From a virus: a DNA stretch of 38,758 nt. Of the stretch, positions 25,223 to 32,307 are shown in pieces (position 1 is the first letter of the stretch; every line of letters starts with the position of its first letter). Made by a program: the position numbers and the translations under genes. Location: the IMG/VR virus record IMGVR_UViG_3300024346_000197; one strand, 5' to 3'. The notes beneath the pieces were generated by a model that was given only the letters and a program-made list of their open reading frames with translations, was not told where the DNA came from and searched no databases.

Positions 25223-25444
25223 TCAGCGAGCAATCAACCACTCAAGGTTGACAGTAGGGTCAAGAATCGCCTCAACGACGGTTCCAATGTTGACGCCATG
25301 CTCCTCGACGAAGCCCAAGCCATAGGTATTGACAACATCGTCAATGTCTAAGCCTGTCAACTCGGTCAGAGCCTGAACAGAGCGCCACGAGTCATCAGAC
25401 TCATCAACCCAGACCTCACGGTCATAATCATGTAATACGGACAT
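25223..25444 (-). CDS. Acidic small protein (73 aa from ATG 25444)
   Basis: MSVLHDYDREVWVDESDDSWRSVQALTELTGLDIDDVV.... First ORF downstream of the 800-bp non-coding region. Confidence 0.6.
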   Translation of the reverse strand: MSVLHDYDREVWVDESDDSWRSVQALTELTGLDIDDVVNTYGLGFVEEHGVNIGTVVEAILDPTVNLEWLIAR

Positions 25445-25520
25445 AACCAACCTGCTTTCATGTGAAGTGAATACAACAACCGACCCAATGAGTGAGAGTC
25501 AGGATGAGAGGGGGAAATTA

Positions 25521-25557
25521 GCAACCCCCCCCACCAAAATCCCTTTGGGGGGGGTGC
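25521..25557. other. C8/G8 homopolymer hairpin (gca-a-C8-14 nt-G8-tgc)
   Basis: Read directly: gcaaccccccccaccaaaatccctttggggggggtgc. Confidence 0.8.
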
Positions 25558-25805
25558 AAGAAAGGTGAACAGTCATAGGGGGGCGGAAAAAGAATGGGTT
25601 GACCTTGACACGGCTGACCACACTGGTGCTGAACTGGTTGTGTGCCTGTATGACACGACGGGGGGGGTGGGGGTGTGCGCCCGTCAGGCTACCAAGGGAC
25701 GGGCACTGGTCATGTCCGTAGCATCGATTTCCCCCAATCCGAGCAGGGTTTTTGCGACACGTGGGGGTACTAACTTTTAAGTACCAGCACCCTAAAATTG
25801 ACACG

Positions 25806-25841
25806 AAATTTGGTACAAAATTTGGTGCAATGCACGTGCAT
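25806..25841. repeat. Tandem 12-mers aaatttggtaca/aaatttggtgca followed directly by the perfect 12-bp palindrome atgcacgtgcat
   Basis: Read directly. It lies in a non-coding region. Confidence 0.8.
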
Positions 25842-25973
25842 CTTTTTGGCACCCGGTGCATTGGTTTTGTGGTTGACCACGGTGAGCAGTTTTGTGGTTT
25901 GGTTGGCGGTGGTTTTTGCCGCACCGCATAGGTTGGGTTAGTGTGGTCTCCCTTGTGGTCGACCAGTGTTCTG

Positions 25974-26004
25974 CGGTTTGTCAGCCTGAGGGGCTGACAA
26001 ACCG
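25974..26004. other. Perfect 13-bp hairpin (cggtttgtcagcc / ggctgacaaaccg, 5-nt loop)
   Basis: Read directly. No U-tract on either side. A 10-bp palindrome tggtcgacca lies just upstream at 25956..25965. Confidence 0.75.
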
Positions 26005-26031
26005 AACATGTCTTGAGACAGTTCTGTTCTT

Positions 26032-26055
26032 CCCCCCATCCCTACCCTTCCCCCC
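26032..26055 (-). other. Canonical G-quadruplex-forming motif on the minus strand (G6-AA-G3-TA-G3-AT-G6)
   Basis: The plus strand reads ccccccatccctacccttcccccc. Confidence 0.7.
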
Positions 26056-26251
26056 AAGTGTTACATATCTGTGAGTGTTTGTTCGACCACAGGCGGTGGG
26101 GGTTGTTTTGTAAGTACTGGCGCCTATTTTTGACGTGCTGTTTTTCTAGCCTTTTTGGTCGAAACTGGAACACAGTTAGGGACTTTTTTGCCGTTTTTAA
26201 TCTTGTAACCCTTTTGAACGTACCCTGTCCAACATGGTCCTTTGGTTGCCA

Positions 26252-26569
26252 TCAGGAACCTTTAACCCATTTTTTGTTTTTTGGTTGGGCTGTCTTGGAT
26301 GGGGACCATTTGACTTTGTCTGCCCAGTATGCAGCAGACATTGGCCCACGAGCAATGTTGCTGCGATGACGGGATTTGAAAGCTTCACGCTGTCCAGCGG
26401 TCTGATTGGTTCTGACACCTTGTTGACCGAATCGAATCGTTTTGACTTGACCACCACTTTTAGCTACAACGATGTGTGACTTGGTTGGGTGTCCTGGGGT
26501 TGCTTTTGGTTTGTTGTAACCAGAAACACCTGCACGTGCGAGTCTTGGGTCTTTTTTGCTTGTTGCCAT
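26252..26569 (-). CDS. Small basic conserved-looking protein (105 aa), function unknown
   Basis: ATG at 26569. MATSKKDPRLARAGVSGYNKPKATPGHPTKSHIVVAKSGGQVKTIRFGQQG...FKSRHRSNIARGPMSAAYWADKVKW. It resembles a small basic protein family I recall from diverse phage genomes but cannot name. Confidence 0.7.
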   Translation of the reverse strand: MATSKKDPRLARAGVSGYNKPKATPGHPTKSHIVVAKSGGQVKTIRFGQQGVRTNQTAGQREAFKSRHRSNIARGPMSAAYWADKVKWSPSKTAQPKNKKWVKGS

Positions 26570-26614
26570 ATAGTATTTACCCTTTGTTACCTGTAACGAA
26601 TTGCCTTATTAGCA
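26570..26614. promoter_or_regulatory. 45-bp divergent intergenic region with TATAGT/TAGTAT -10-like hexamers and the inverted repeat gttac-ct-gtaac (26586..26597)
   Basis: Read directly. It separates the first minus-strand gene from the first plus-strand gene. Confidence 0.35.
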
Positions 26615-27049
26615 ATGAAGCATAATGAAGAACTAACGCTTACACAGCAACAACAGGTTTATGTTGAGTGGTTGTGCACTGCTCCAAGCGAGCGTTTGCC
26701 GGCCACAAAGAAGGCAATGGCATTAGAACTTGGTGTTGATATTACAACACTACGTCGCTGGGAAAAGAAAGAAGTGTTTCGCAATGTCTGGAAGGACACT
26801 GTGGACGAAGTACAAGGTTCGCCAGAGCGAACTCAGCGCTTGCTGGACACTTTGTACAGCAAAGCGCTTGATGGTGATACTAAGTCTGCACAGTTGTATT
26901 TGCAGGCTACGAACCGTATGGCTCCGCCTACGGTAACGGTTCAGACTAATAAGAAAGCAGCAGAACTTTCTGATGCTGAGTTGGATTCTTTGATTGCTGC
27001 GGTAGCGGAGCGAGAGAAGGCTCAACGTACACACTTGAAGGCATTGTGA
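26615..27049 (+). CDS. HTH protein, terminase small-subunit-like (144 aa)
   Basis: First gene of the late arm. TKKAMALELGVDITTLRRWEKKEVF is an HTH. DGDTKSAQLYLQATN and the coiled C-terminus are typical of TerS-like proteins. It is not adjacent to TerL. Confidence 0.5.
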   Translation: MKHNEELTLTQQQQVYVEWLCTAPSERLPATKKAMALELGVDITTLRRWEKKEVFRNVWKDTVDEVQGSPERTQRLLDTLYSKALDGDTKSAQLYLQATNRMAPPTVTVQTNKKAAELSDAELDSLIAAVAEREKAQRTHLKAL

Positions 27050-27051
27050 AT

Positions 27052-27186
27052 ATGGTCGAATGTCCTGAGTGTGGCGAGGAGTATCCACCTGTGGCAACAC
27101 ATTGGATTTGTCCAGCGTGCGGGATTGATGACAGGGCACAGCCAAAGATGGCGGTGTTTGAATTGAGGGATTATGGCGACAACTAA
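27052..27186 (+). CDS. Zinc-ribbon mini-protein (44 aa)
   Basis: Under 60 aa. MVECPECGEEYPPVATHWICPACGIDD has C-x2-C ... C-x2-C. It overlaps the next start. Confidence 0.55.
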   Translation: MVECPECGEEYPPVATHWICPACGIDDRAQPKMAVFELRDYGDN

Positions 27187-27478
27187 CGATGCGATGTTTA
27201 CGGCCCTTTCGGGCTCGTATCCATCTGCCGGTCAGACCCTTGGCGACTTGTTGTATGCGTTCTGGTCTGAGAAGGGTTTGCAGTATCGTGGCACGCTAGA
27301 GCGTGATTGGTATATTAGCGAGGGTGCTGTTGGCACAACTCTTGGTGATTTGGCTAACGATTACTTTTCAAACCTGTATGACGTTGTGATTTTTAATTAC
27401 TCTGAACCAGATGAGTGGTTGGAGTTGCAAGTGTTTGACCGTTTTGACACGGTTGAACAGCAAGTATTTTTTATTTAG
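27173..27478 (+). CDS. Hypothetical protein (101 aa)
   Basis: Internal duplicated motif G-x-T-L-G-D-L (AGQTLGDLLYAFW and VGTTLGDLANDYF). Confidence 0.6.
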   Translation: MATTNDAMFTALSGSYPSAGQTLGDLLYAFWSEKGLQYRGTLERDWYISEGAVGTTLGDLANDYFSNLYDVVIFNYSEPDEWLELQVFDRFDTVEQQVFFI

Positions 27479-27500
27479 GTAACGATTCAGGAGAACATAT

Positions 27501-27881
27501 ATGGCAACTTTCACAAAAATAGCATTCAACCCTGCTGGCGGTACTCCTGCTGGAACAGGTTTGGGTATTCCGGTCACAGCAACAACAGTTGGCACCGTGG
27601 GAACAGTTATTCACACTGCTTCGACAACACCTGCAACTATTGACGAAGTGTGGATTTACGCACAGAACTACGACACTACAGACCGTAAACTCACCATTCA
27701 GTGGGGTGCGGCAACTGCTGGAACACACGAAATTGAATACACCGTTAAAGCGGAAAGTGGTTTGTATCTAGTTTGTCCGGGTCTTATTATGCAGGGCAAC
27801 GCTACAGCAAAGGTTATTTCTGCTATTGCCGCAACTGCAACTGCGATTGTTTTGTACGGGTACGTTAACCGTATTGCCTAA
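27501..27881 (+). CDS. Ala/Thr/Gly-rich beta protein (126 aa), possible virion surface protein
   Basis: RBS aggaga. Beta-sandwich-like composition. No motif. Confidence 0.6.
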   Translation: MATFTKIAFNPAGGTPAGTGLGIPVTATTVGTVGTVIHTASTTPATIDEVWIYAQNYDTTDRKLTIQWGAATAGTHEIEYTVKAESGLYLVCPGLIMQGNATAKVISAIAATATAIVLYGYVNRIA

Positions 27882-27891
27882 GGGGTACTAA

Positions 27892-28440
27892 GTGCCTTCA
27901 TATCTAAGAACAACAGCAGGTGGTAAAGCCATCAGTGGTGGTTCATTGGCTCCACGCACGAATAGATACAGTGCTGGTTCGGTTGCAACAAATGCTCTTG
28001 GAGTTCTAACTCTTGACCTTCCTATTTTGGCAACAGCAACAGCAGCAAATGCTGGTTTTACTGTTGTTATTAGCAACTATGATGCAACAGTTACATACAC
28101 GTTGTCAACAACTTCTGGTACTGTTGCCAGGTCAACAAATACAATTACACAAAGTGGTTTGGCTGCTAGCGCTTCTGCAACAGTTACTGTAACTGCTAGT
28201 AAAACTGGATTTACATCTGCTGCACCAGTAACAAGGTCTGGAACCGCAGCCGCTTCTTGTTCTTGTGTGTTCCAATACTCGCAAACAGAAGGTGGAAACT
28301 GTTGTTGTACTGGAATGTGCGGAGCAGCAAACCAAGTATGCTGTTACGACATTTATGTTTATGCACCAGCATCATCACCTTGCACTGGAAGTTGCAGTAA
28401 CAGCGTTGGTGGATGGTACGCTTGTGACGGAACCTGTTAA
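27892..28440 (+). CDS. Ala/Thr/Ser-rich protein with an extremely Cys-rich C-terminal module (182 aa)
   Basis: GTG start 6 nt after aagggg. There are 12 Cys in the last 60 aa: SCSC...NCCCTGMCGAANQVCCYD...PCTGSCSN...YACDGTC. Confidence 0.7.
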   Translation: MPSYLRTTAGGKAISGGSLAPRTNRYSAGSVATNALGVLTLDLPILATATAANAGFTVVISNYDATVTYTLSTTSGTVARSTNTITQSGLAASASATVTVTASKTGFTSAAPVTRSGTAAASCSCVFQYSQTEGGNCCCTGMCGAANQVCCYDIYVYAPASSPCTGSCSNSVGGWYACDGTC

Positions 28441-28459
28441 ATAAAATTCAAGGAGAATT

Positions 28460-28717
28460 ATGTCAAACACTGAAGAATATGTAAGTCCAGATGGATACCC
28501 ACAATCACCGTTTAATAGAAATGCACCTGTAAACTGGTATGCTTTTGTAATTGATGGTGAAGTTGTTTGGATGCAAACATGTCAAGTTTCTTTGGAGTTC
28601 TTGAACATTGTATTGAAATCTGACCCAAAGATTATTCCTGTGCCAGATTCTTTGGCTGGTGAAGTTCTTTCTGGTTGGACTTGGGATGGATTTGAGTTCC
28701 ATGAGCCAACAGCCTAA
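28460..28717 (+). CDS. Hypothetical protein (85 aa)
   Basis: RBS aaggaga. Globular sequence. No motif. Confidence 0.65.
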   Translation: MSNTEEYVSPDGYPQSPFNRNAPVNWYAFVIDGEVVWMQTCQVSLEFLNIVLKSDPKIIPVPDSLAGEVLSGWTWDGFEFHEPTA

Positions 28718-28946
28718 AGAACTAACACCGTTTCAAATACATAAACAACGCTTTGGTGCTGCCAAACCGTGGCACGCAATACAGCGTGAACACAGGGTTG
28801 ACACTGAAGTATCTATGAGTAGATATTCTATTTGTGAGGGTTGTCCTTCGTTTTTGAATATTACAAAACAGTGTAAAGAGTGTGGTTGTTTTATGAAAAT
28901 TAAAACAAAAATTGATACCGCTGTTTGCCCAATTGGGAAATGGTAA
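28701..28946 (+). CDS. Cys-rich zinc-binding-like small protein (81 aa from ATG 28701; the ORF opens at GTG 28659)
   Basis: ICEGCPSFLNITKQCKECGCFMKIKTKIDTAVCPIGKW has C-x2-C, C-x2-C-x-C and C-P-x-G-K-W. Confidence 0.6.
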   Translation: MSQQPKELTPFQIHKQRFGAAKPWHAIQREHRVDTEVSMSRYSICEGCPSFLNITKQCKECGCFMKIKTKIDTAVCPIGKW

Positions 28947-30268
28947 AATCTCGCTGGATTATTTTTGCTCCAGTAGCTTTATTAGCATTGTGGTCTACCG
29001 TAGCAAAAGCAGACGGACTTGGAGATTGGACAGCATCTCAGTCTTGTGTCAACTCAGGTTCTGTTGAGGTTGTAGAGAACTCGATTCTTATTACTGGTCC
29101 AAATTATGGTGGTTGTTCTGGCGCAGCACATTGGACAAAAATTGAAACCACAATTCCAAAAGGTGTAAATAGTATTTCATTTAATTGGTCTTACTGGACT
29201 AATGACGGTGCTTACTATGACCCACCACAATATGCAGTCAATGATGTTTATACACAATTGACACAACAAAATACCGCCTCGGGTTCATTGACTGTGCCGG
29301 TAGTTGCTGGGGATATATTTACATTTAGGCAATATTCAATTGACACGTGTTGCGGACCGGGTCACTTACAGATAAGCAATCTTTCACTATGGGAATTTAC
29401 AACAACATCCACAACCCTAACGACGACGACAACTACTACTATTGCCCCGTCAACGACTGTCCCTGTCACGAGCACTACTACTACGACGCTTCCAGAAACC
29501 TCAAGTACGAGTACAACGACGAGCACGACGTCTACTTCAACTACGACAACCACGACGACTACAACATCGTCAACGACGAGTACTACAACAACAAGTTCAA
29601 CTCCTTCAGCACCCGTTGAAATTTACGTTCCCGAAGAGCCTGAAGAAACAACGACAAGCACCACAGAGCCAGTAGAAGAGGAACCCATTCCAGAGGAGAC
29701 GCTTCCAGAAGAAACAACCACAACAGTTGAAGAAGAGACCACAACAACTGAGGAAGTGACCACAACATCTGAAGCACCTGAAGAAACTACCACAACGGTA
29801 GAACCAGATTTGGAGCCATTGGCTGAAGAAGAAATAGATGCCCTCATTGCTGAAGCCACAACTGTGGAAGAACTTCAGGAAGCACTAGAGGAGTTAACCC
29901 CTGAACAGGTTGAGCAGGTTGTTGACCAGATTCTGGCACAGGAAGAACCACCCACCCAAGAGCAGGCTGTCGCTTTGGCGACTAGCCCAGAGGTGCTGTC
30001 AGTTGTCACGCCACAGCAGGCGGTTGAAATCTTTGAGTCTTTGGATGTGGCCGAACTGAGTATCGAGGAAAAAGATGCGGTCACAGAAGCTGTCCAGTCT
30101 GCATCCGTAGAGGTGCGACAGGCGTTTGAAGAAACCATTGACATATTCTCCGACGACTTCGGTGACTACGTTCCTTTGGGTTCTGCTGTGCCAGTAAATA
30201 CTCGCCGTACCCTGATTGCCGTAGCGGCTGGTGCTACAGCCATTGCTGTGTCTTCACGAAAGCAGTAA
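28940..30268 (+). CDS. Exported/anchored protein (442 aa): signal peptide, beta-sandwich-like domain, Thr/Ser mucin-like stalk, acidic Glu/Pro/Thr repeats, C-terminal hydrophobic anchor
   Basis: ATG 28940 overlaps the upstream stop (ATGGTAA). MVKSRWIIFAPVALLALWSTVAKA-DG is signal-peptide-like. 29395..29615 encodes an almost pure T/S run. This is followed by EETTTT-type repeats. The C-terminus is RRTLIAVAAGATAIAVSSRKQ. Confidence 0.75.
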   Translation: MVKSRWIIFAPVALLALWSTVAKADGLGDWTASQSCVNSGSVEVVENSILITGPNYGGCSGAAHWTKIETTIPKGVNSISFNWSYWTNDGAYYDPPQYAVNDVYTQLTQQNTASGSLTVPVVAGDIFTFRQYSIDTCCGPGHLQISNLSLWEFTTTSTTLTTTTTTTIAPSTTVPVTSTTTTTLPETSSTSTTTSTTSTSTTTTTTTTTSSTTSTTTTSSTPSAPVEIYVPEEPEETTTSTTEPVEEEPIPEETLPEETTTTVEEETTTTEEVTTTSEAPEETTTTVEPDLEPLAEEEIDALIAEATTVEELQEALEELTPEQVEQVVDQILAQEEPPTQEQAVALATSPEVLSVVTPQQAVEIFESLDVAELSIEEKDAVTEAVQSASVEVRQAFEETIDIFSDDFGDYVPLGSAVPVNTRRTLIAVAAGATAIAVSSRKQ

Positions 30269-30285
30269 CGAACTGGGCTATTAGC

Positions 30286-30453
30286 GTGAAGAAACTCTTA
30301 TCCGAAATCCATGCTTTGACTTGGACACTTGCAGGTACTGGTATGGTGCTTATTACGTTGTCTGGGCAAACGAAGGTTTTGGGTTGGGGAATCACCGTAA
30401 TAGCCGTGATAATCCATTTACTCGGCGTAATGTTCAAGGAGAACAATGAATAA
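30286..30453 (+). CDS. Two-TM mini membrane protein (55 aa), holin-like candidate
   Basis: Under 60 aa. GTG start with a weak RBS. LTWTLAGTGMVLITLSG and VLGWGITVIAVIIHLLGVMF are two hydrophobic helices. The stop overlaps the next ATG. Confidence 0.45.
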   Translation: MKKLLSEIHALTWTLAGTGMVLITLSGQTKVLGWGITVIAVIIHLLGVMFKENNE

Positions 30454-30715
30454 GGCAAAAGATATTGCAGGCAGAATTGTTGCACTTTTTCTCACCAACG
30501 CCCTCGGCGTTGTGACTGGTGCTGCAATTATTGCTCCAGACCTAGAAGTATGGAAGTCGGCTCTTATCGCTGGCGCAGTATCCATTTTCAAGGTTGCAGA
30601 ACAACTTGCAAAGGCAAGCATTGATGGTGTTCTTACCAAAGATGAAATTGATGCAGCATTTGGTGCAAGTCCTAAAAAGATTGCAGCCAAGAAGGTAGCC
30701 GCTAAGAAGGCATAA
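30446..30715 (+). CDS. Membrane protein resembling r1t-type actinophage holins (89 aa)
   Basis: RBS aaggaga. GRIVALFLTNALGVVTGAAIIAP and VWKSALIAGAVSIFKVA are two amphipathic/hydrophobic helices, followed by a Lys/Ala-rich tail (KKIAAKKVAAKKA). Confidence 0.5.
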   Translation: MNKAKDIAGRIVALFLTNALGVVTGAAIIAPDLEVWKSALIAGAVSIFKVAEQLAKASIDGVLTKDEIDAAFGASPKKIAAKKVAAKKA

Positions 30716-32301
30716 TGGAACTCACTGACCTTCTCAATGAGAAGGAGTGGAGGAAATGCAAGGGTAGTGAAGGTGCGACCACAGATGAACTTGTGGCTGC
30801 ATTTTCACACTTTTGTGCTACCCATTGGATGATTCGACACCCTGAGCGGGGTCGTATCAAGTTTGTCTTGCGTGAAGCTCAAGAGGAAACTGTAAGAGTC
30901 TGGATTGACTCTCGCTACAGTATTGTTCTGAAAGCACGACAGATTGGGTTCTCTACTCTGGCTGCTGCATTTACATTCTGGGAAACATTCTTTTGGGCTG
31001 ACCGATTTACGGTCATGCTTTCACGTACAGAACGTGAAGCATCCAAGTTATTACAGAAGACCAAGTACGGCTACAAGATGATGCCTGCATGGATGCGCAT
31101 GCGTGGACCAGACTTGCTTTCAGACAACCAGTTGAAGATGGTGTTTGCTAATGACTCCTCTATTGAGTCTTTGCCATCTGGCAATGACCCTGCTCGTGGT
31201 GAGTCTGTGTATCGAGTAATCATTGACGAAATGGCGTTCTTGCCCAACGCCGAAGAAGCATGGGCATCTATTGAACCTATTGCCGACGTTGGTGGTCGTG
31301 TTATTTGTTTGAGCACAGCCAATGGTGAGGGTAATATCTTTCATCAACTGTGGGTTGGTTCACAAACTGGCAACAACCGATTTACTGGTGTCTTTTTTCC
31401 GTGGTCTGCTGGAGACCGTGATGAAGACTGGTACGAGGCCAAGAAGCGTGACCTTCCAGACTGGCAGTTAGCACAGGAATATCCAGATAATGCTGAAGAA
31501 GCTTTTATCCGTTCTGGTCGTCCTGTATTTGACCTGGAATCCTTAAGAGATATTGAACCAGTAGAACCAGACCGTGGTTATTTAAAAAACCAAATGGGCA
31601 GGAATAACTACACATTTATCAATGATGGTGGAGCTTTAGCAATATATGAGTTTCCAGATATTGGGGAAACATATGTTATTGGCGCTGACGTTGCAGAAGG
31701 TCTAGGCCACGGTGACTATTCCTCAGCACATGTTATTTCTGCAAACACTGGATTGGTGGTTGCCCACTGGCACGGACATGTGGACGCAGATTTGTTTGGC
31801 GAGGAAATACTTCATGCAATTGGGTTTTTTTACAATTACGCATTGGTCGGGATTGAATCCAACAACCACGGTCTTACAACCATTAAGGGTCTACAAAGAA
31901 CTGGATACAAGAACATTTACCGTTCTAGGAAGTTGGGTCAAAGAAACCCAACAATCACCGAGACGATGGGTTGGAGAACGACTTCGGTCTCCAAGCCATT
32001 GGCGATTGACGAACTAAATGCCTCGATAAGAGACCAGGCACTCTGGCTCTACGACTACAACACAATTGCAGAATTAAGAACATTTGTTCGTGAAGCAAAC
32101 GGTAAGATGCACGGTTCACCGCATGATGACCGTGTTATGTCTTTAGCAATTACCAACCAGATGTTGAAATACGTTTGGCTTCCTGAATATAGGCATGATG
32201 CATCTCCGGTAAAGAACACTTTGGGTTGGTGGGAAAAGTTCATAATGAAGCCAGAAGTTGAAAAAGAAATGCACATTGGTGCATTTAATTCCAGAGAGTA
32301 A
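30715..32301 (+). CDS. terL: Terminase large subunit (528 aa)
   Basis: The Walker A-like motif is LKARQIGFSTLAAA, Walker B is YRVIIDEMAF and the coupling motif is LSTANGEGN. The C-terminal RNaseH-like nuclease acidic residues are VIGADVAEG, GIESNNHG and SPHDDRVMSLA. Confidence 0.9.
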   Translation: MELTDLLNEKEWRKCKGSEGATTDELVAAFSHFCATHWMIRHPERGRIKFVLREAQEETVRVWIDSRYSIVLKARQIGFSTLAAAFTFWETFFWADRFTVMLSRTEREASKLLQKTKYGYKMMPAWMRMRGPDLLSDNQLKMVFANDSSIESLPSGNDPARGESVYRVIIDEMAFLPNAEEAWASIEPIADVGGRVICLSTANGEGNIFHQLWVGSQTGNNRFTGVFFPWSAGDRDEDWYEAKKRDLPDWQLAQEYPDNAEEAFIRSGRPVFDLESLRDIEPVEPDRGYLKNQMGRNNYTFINDGGALAIYEFPDIGETYVIGADVAEGLGHGDYSSAHVISANTGLVVAHWHGHVDADLFGEEILHAIGFFYNYALVGIESNNHGLTTIKGLQRTGYKNIYRSRKLGQRNPTITETMGWRTTSVSKPLAIDELNASIRDQALWLYDYNTIAELRTFVREANGKMHGSPHDDRVMSLAITNQMLKYVWLPEYRHDASPVKNTLGWWEKFIMKPEVEKEMHIGAFNSRE

Positions 32302-32307
32302 CGAAGT

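Noticed and set aside
25499-25924. 141-aa minus-strand ORF, plus the 71-aa plus-strand ORF at 25565..25780, in the 800-bp island
   Set aside because: The sequence is Pro/Cys/Arg-rich, translated through the homopolymer runs (PPPTKP, FFFRPP). It has no RBS and shows none of the coupling seen for real genes here.
29395-29830. Highly repetitive acg/aca/gaa-rich DNA that might have been a CRISPR array or satellite repeat
   Set aside because: It is in frame within a long ORF and encodes the Thr/Ser and Glu/Pro/Thr low-complexity stalk. It shows no repeat-spacer periodicity.
28940-30268. Unimolecular spanin (N-terminal signal plus C-terminal TM, located next to holin-like genes)
   Set aside because: It has no lipobox Cys after the signal peptide. 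The protein is several times longer than known u-spanins. The inferred actinobacterial host has no conventional outer membrane to span.
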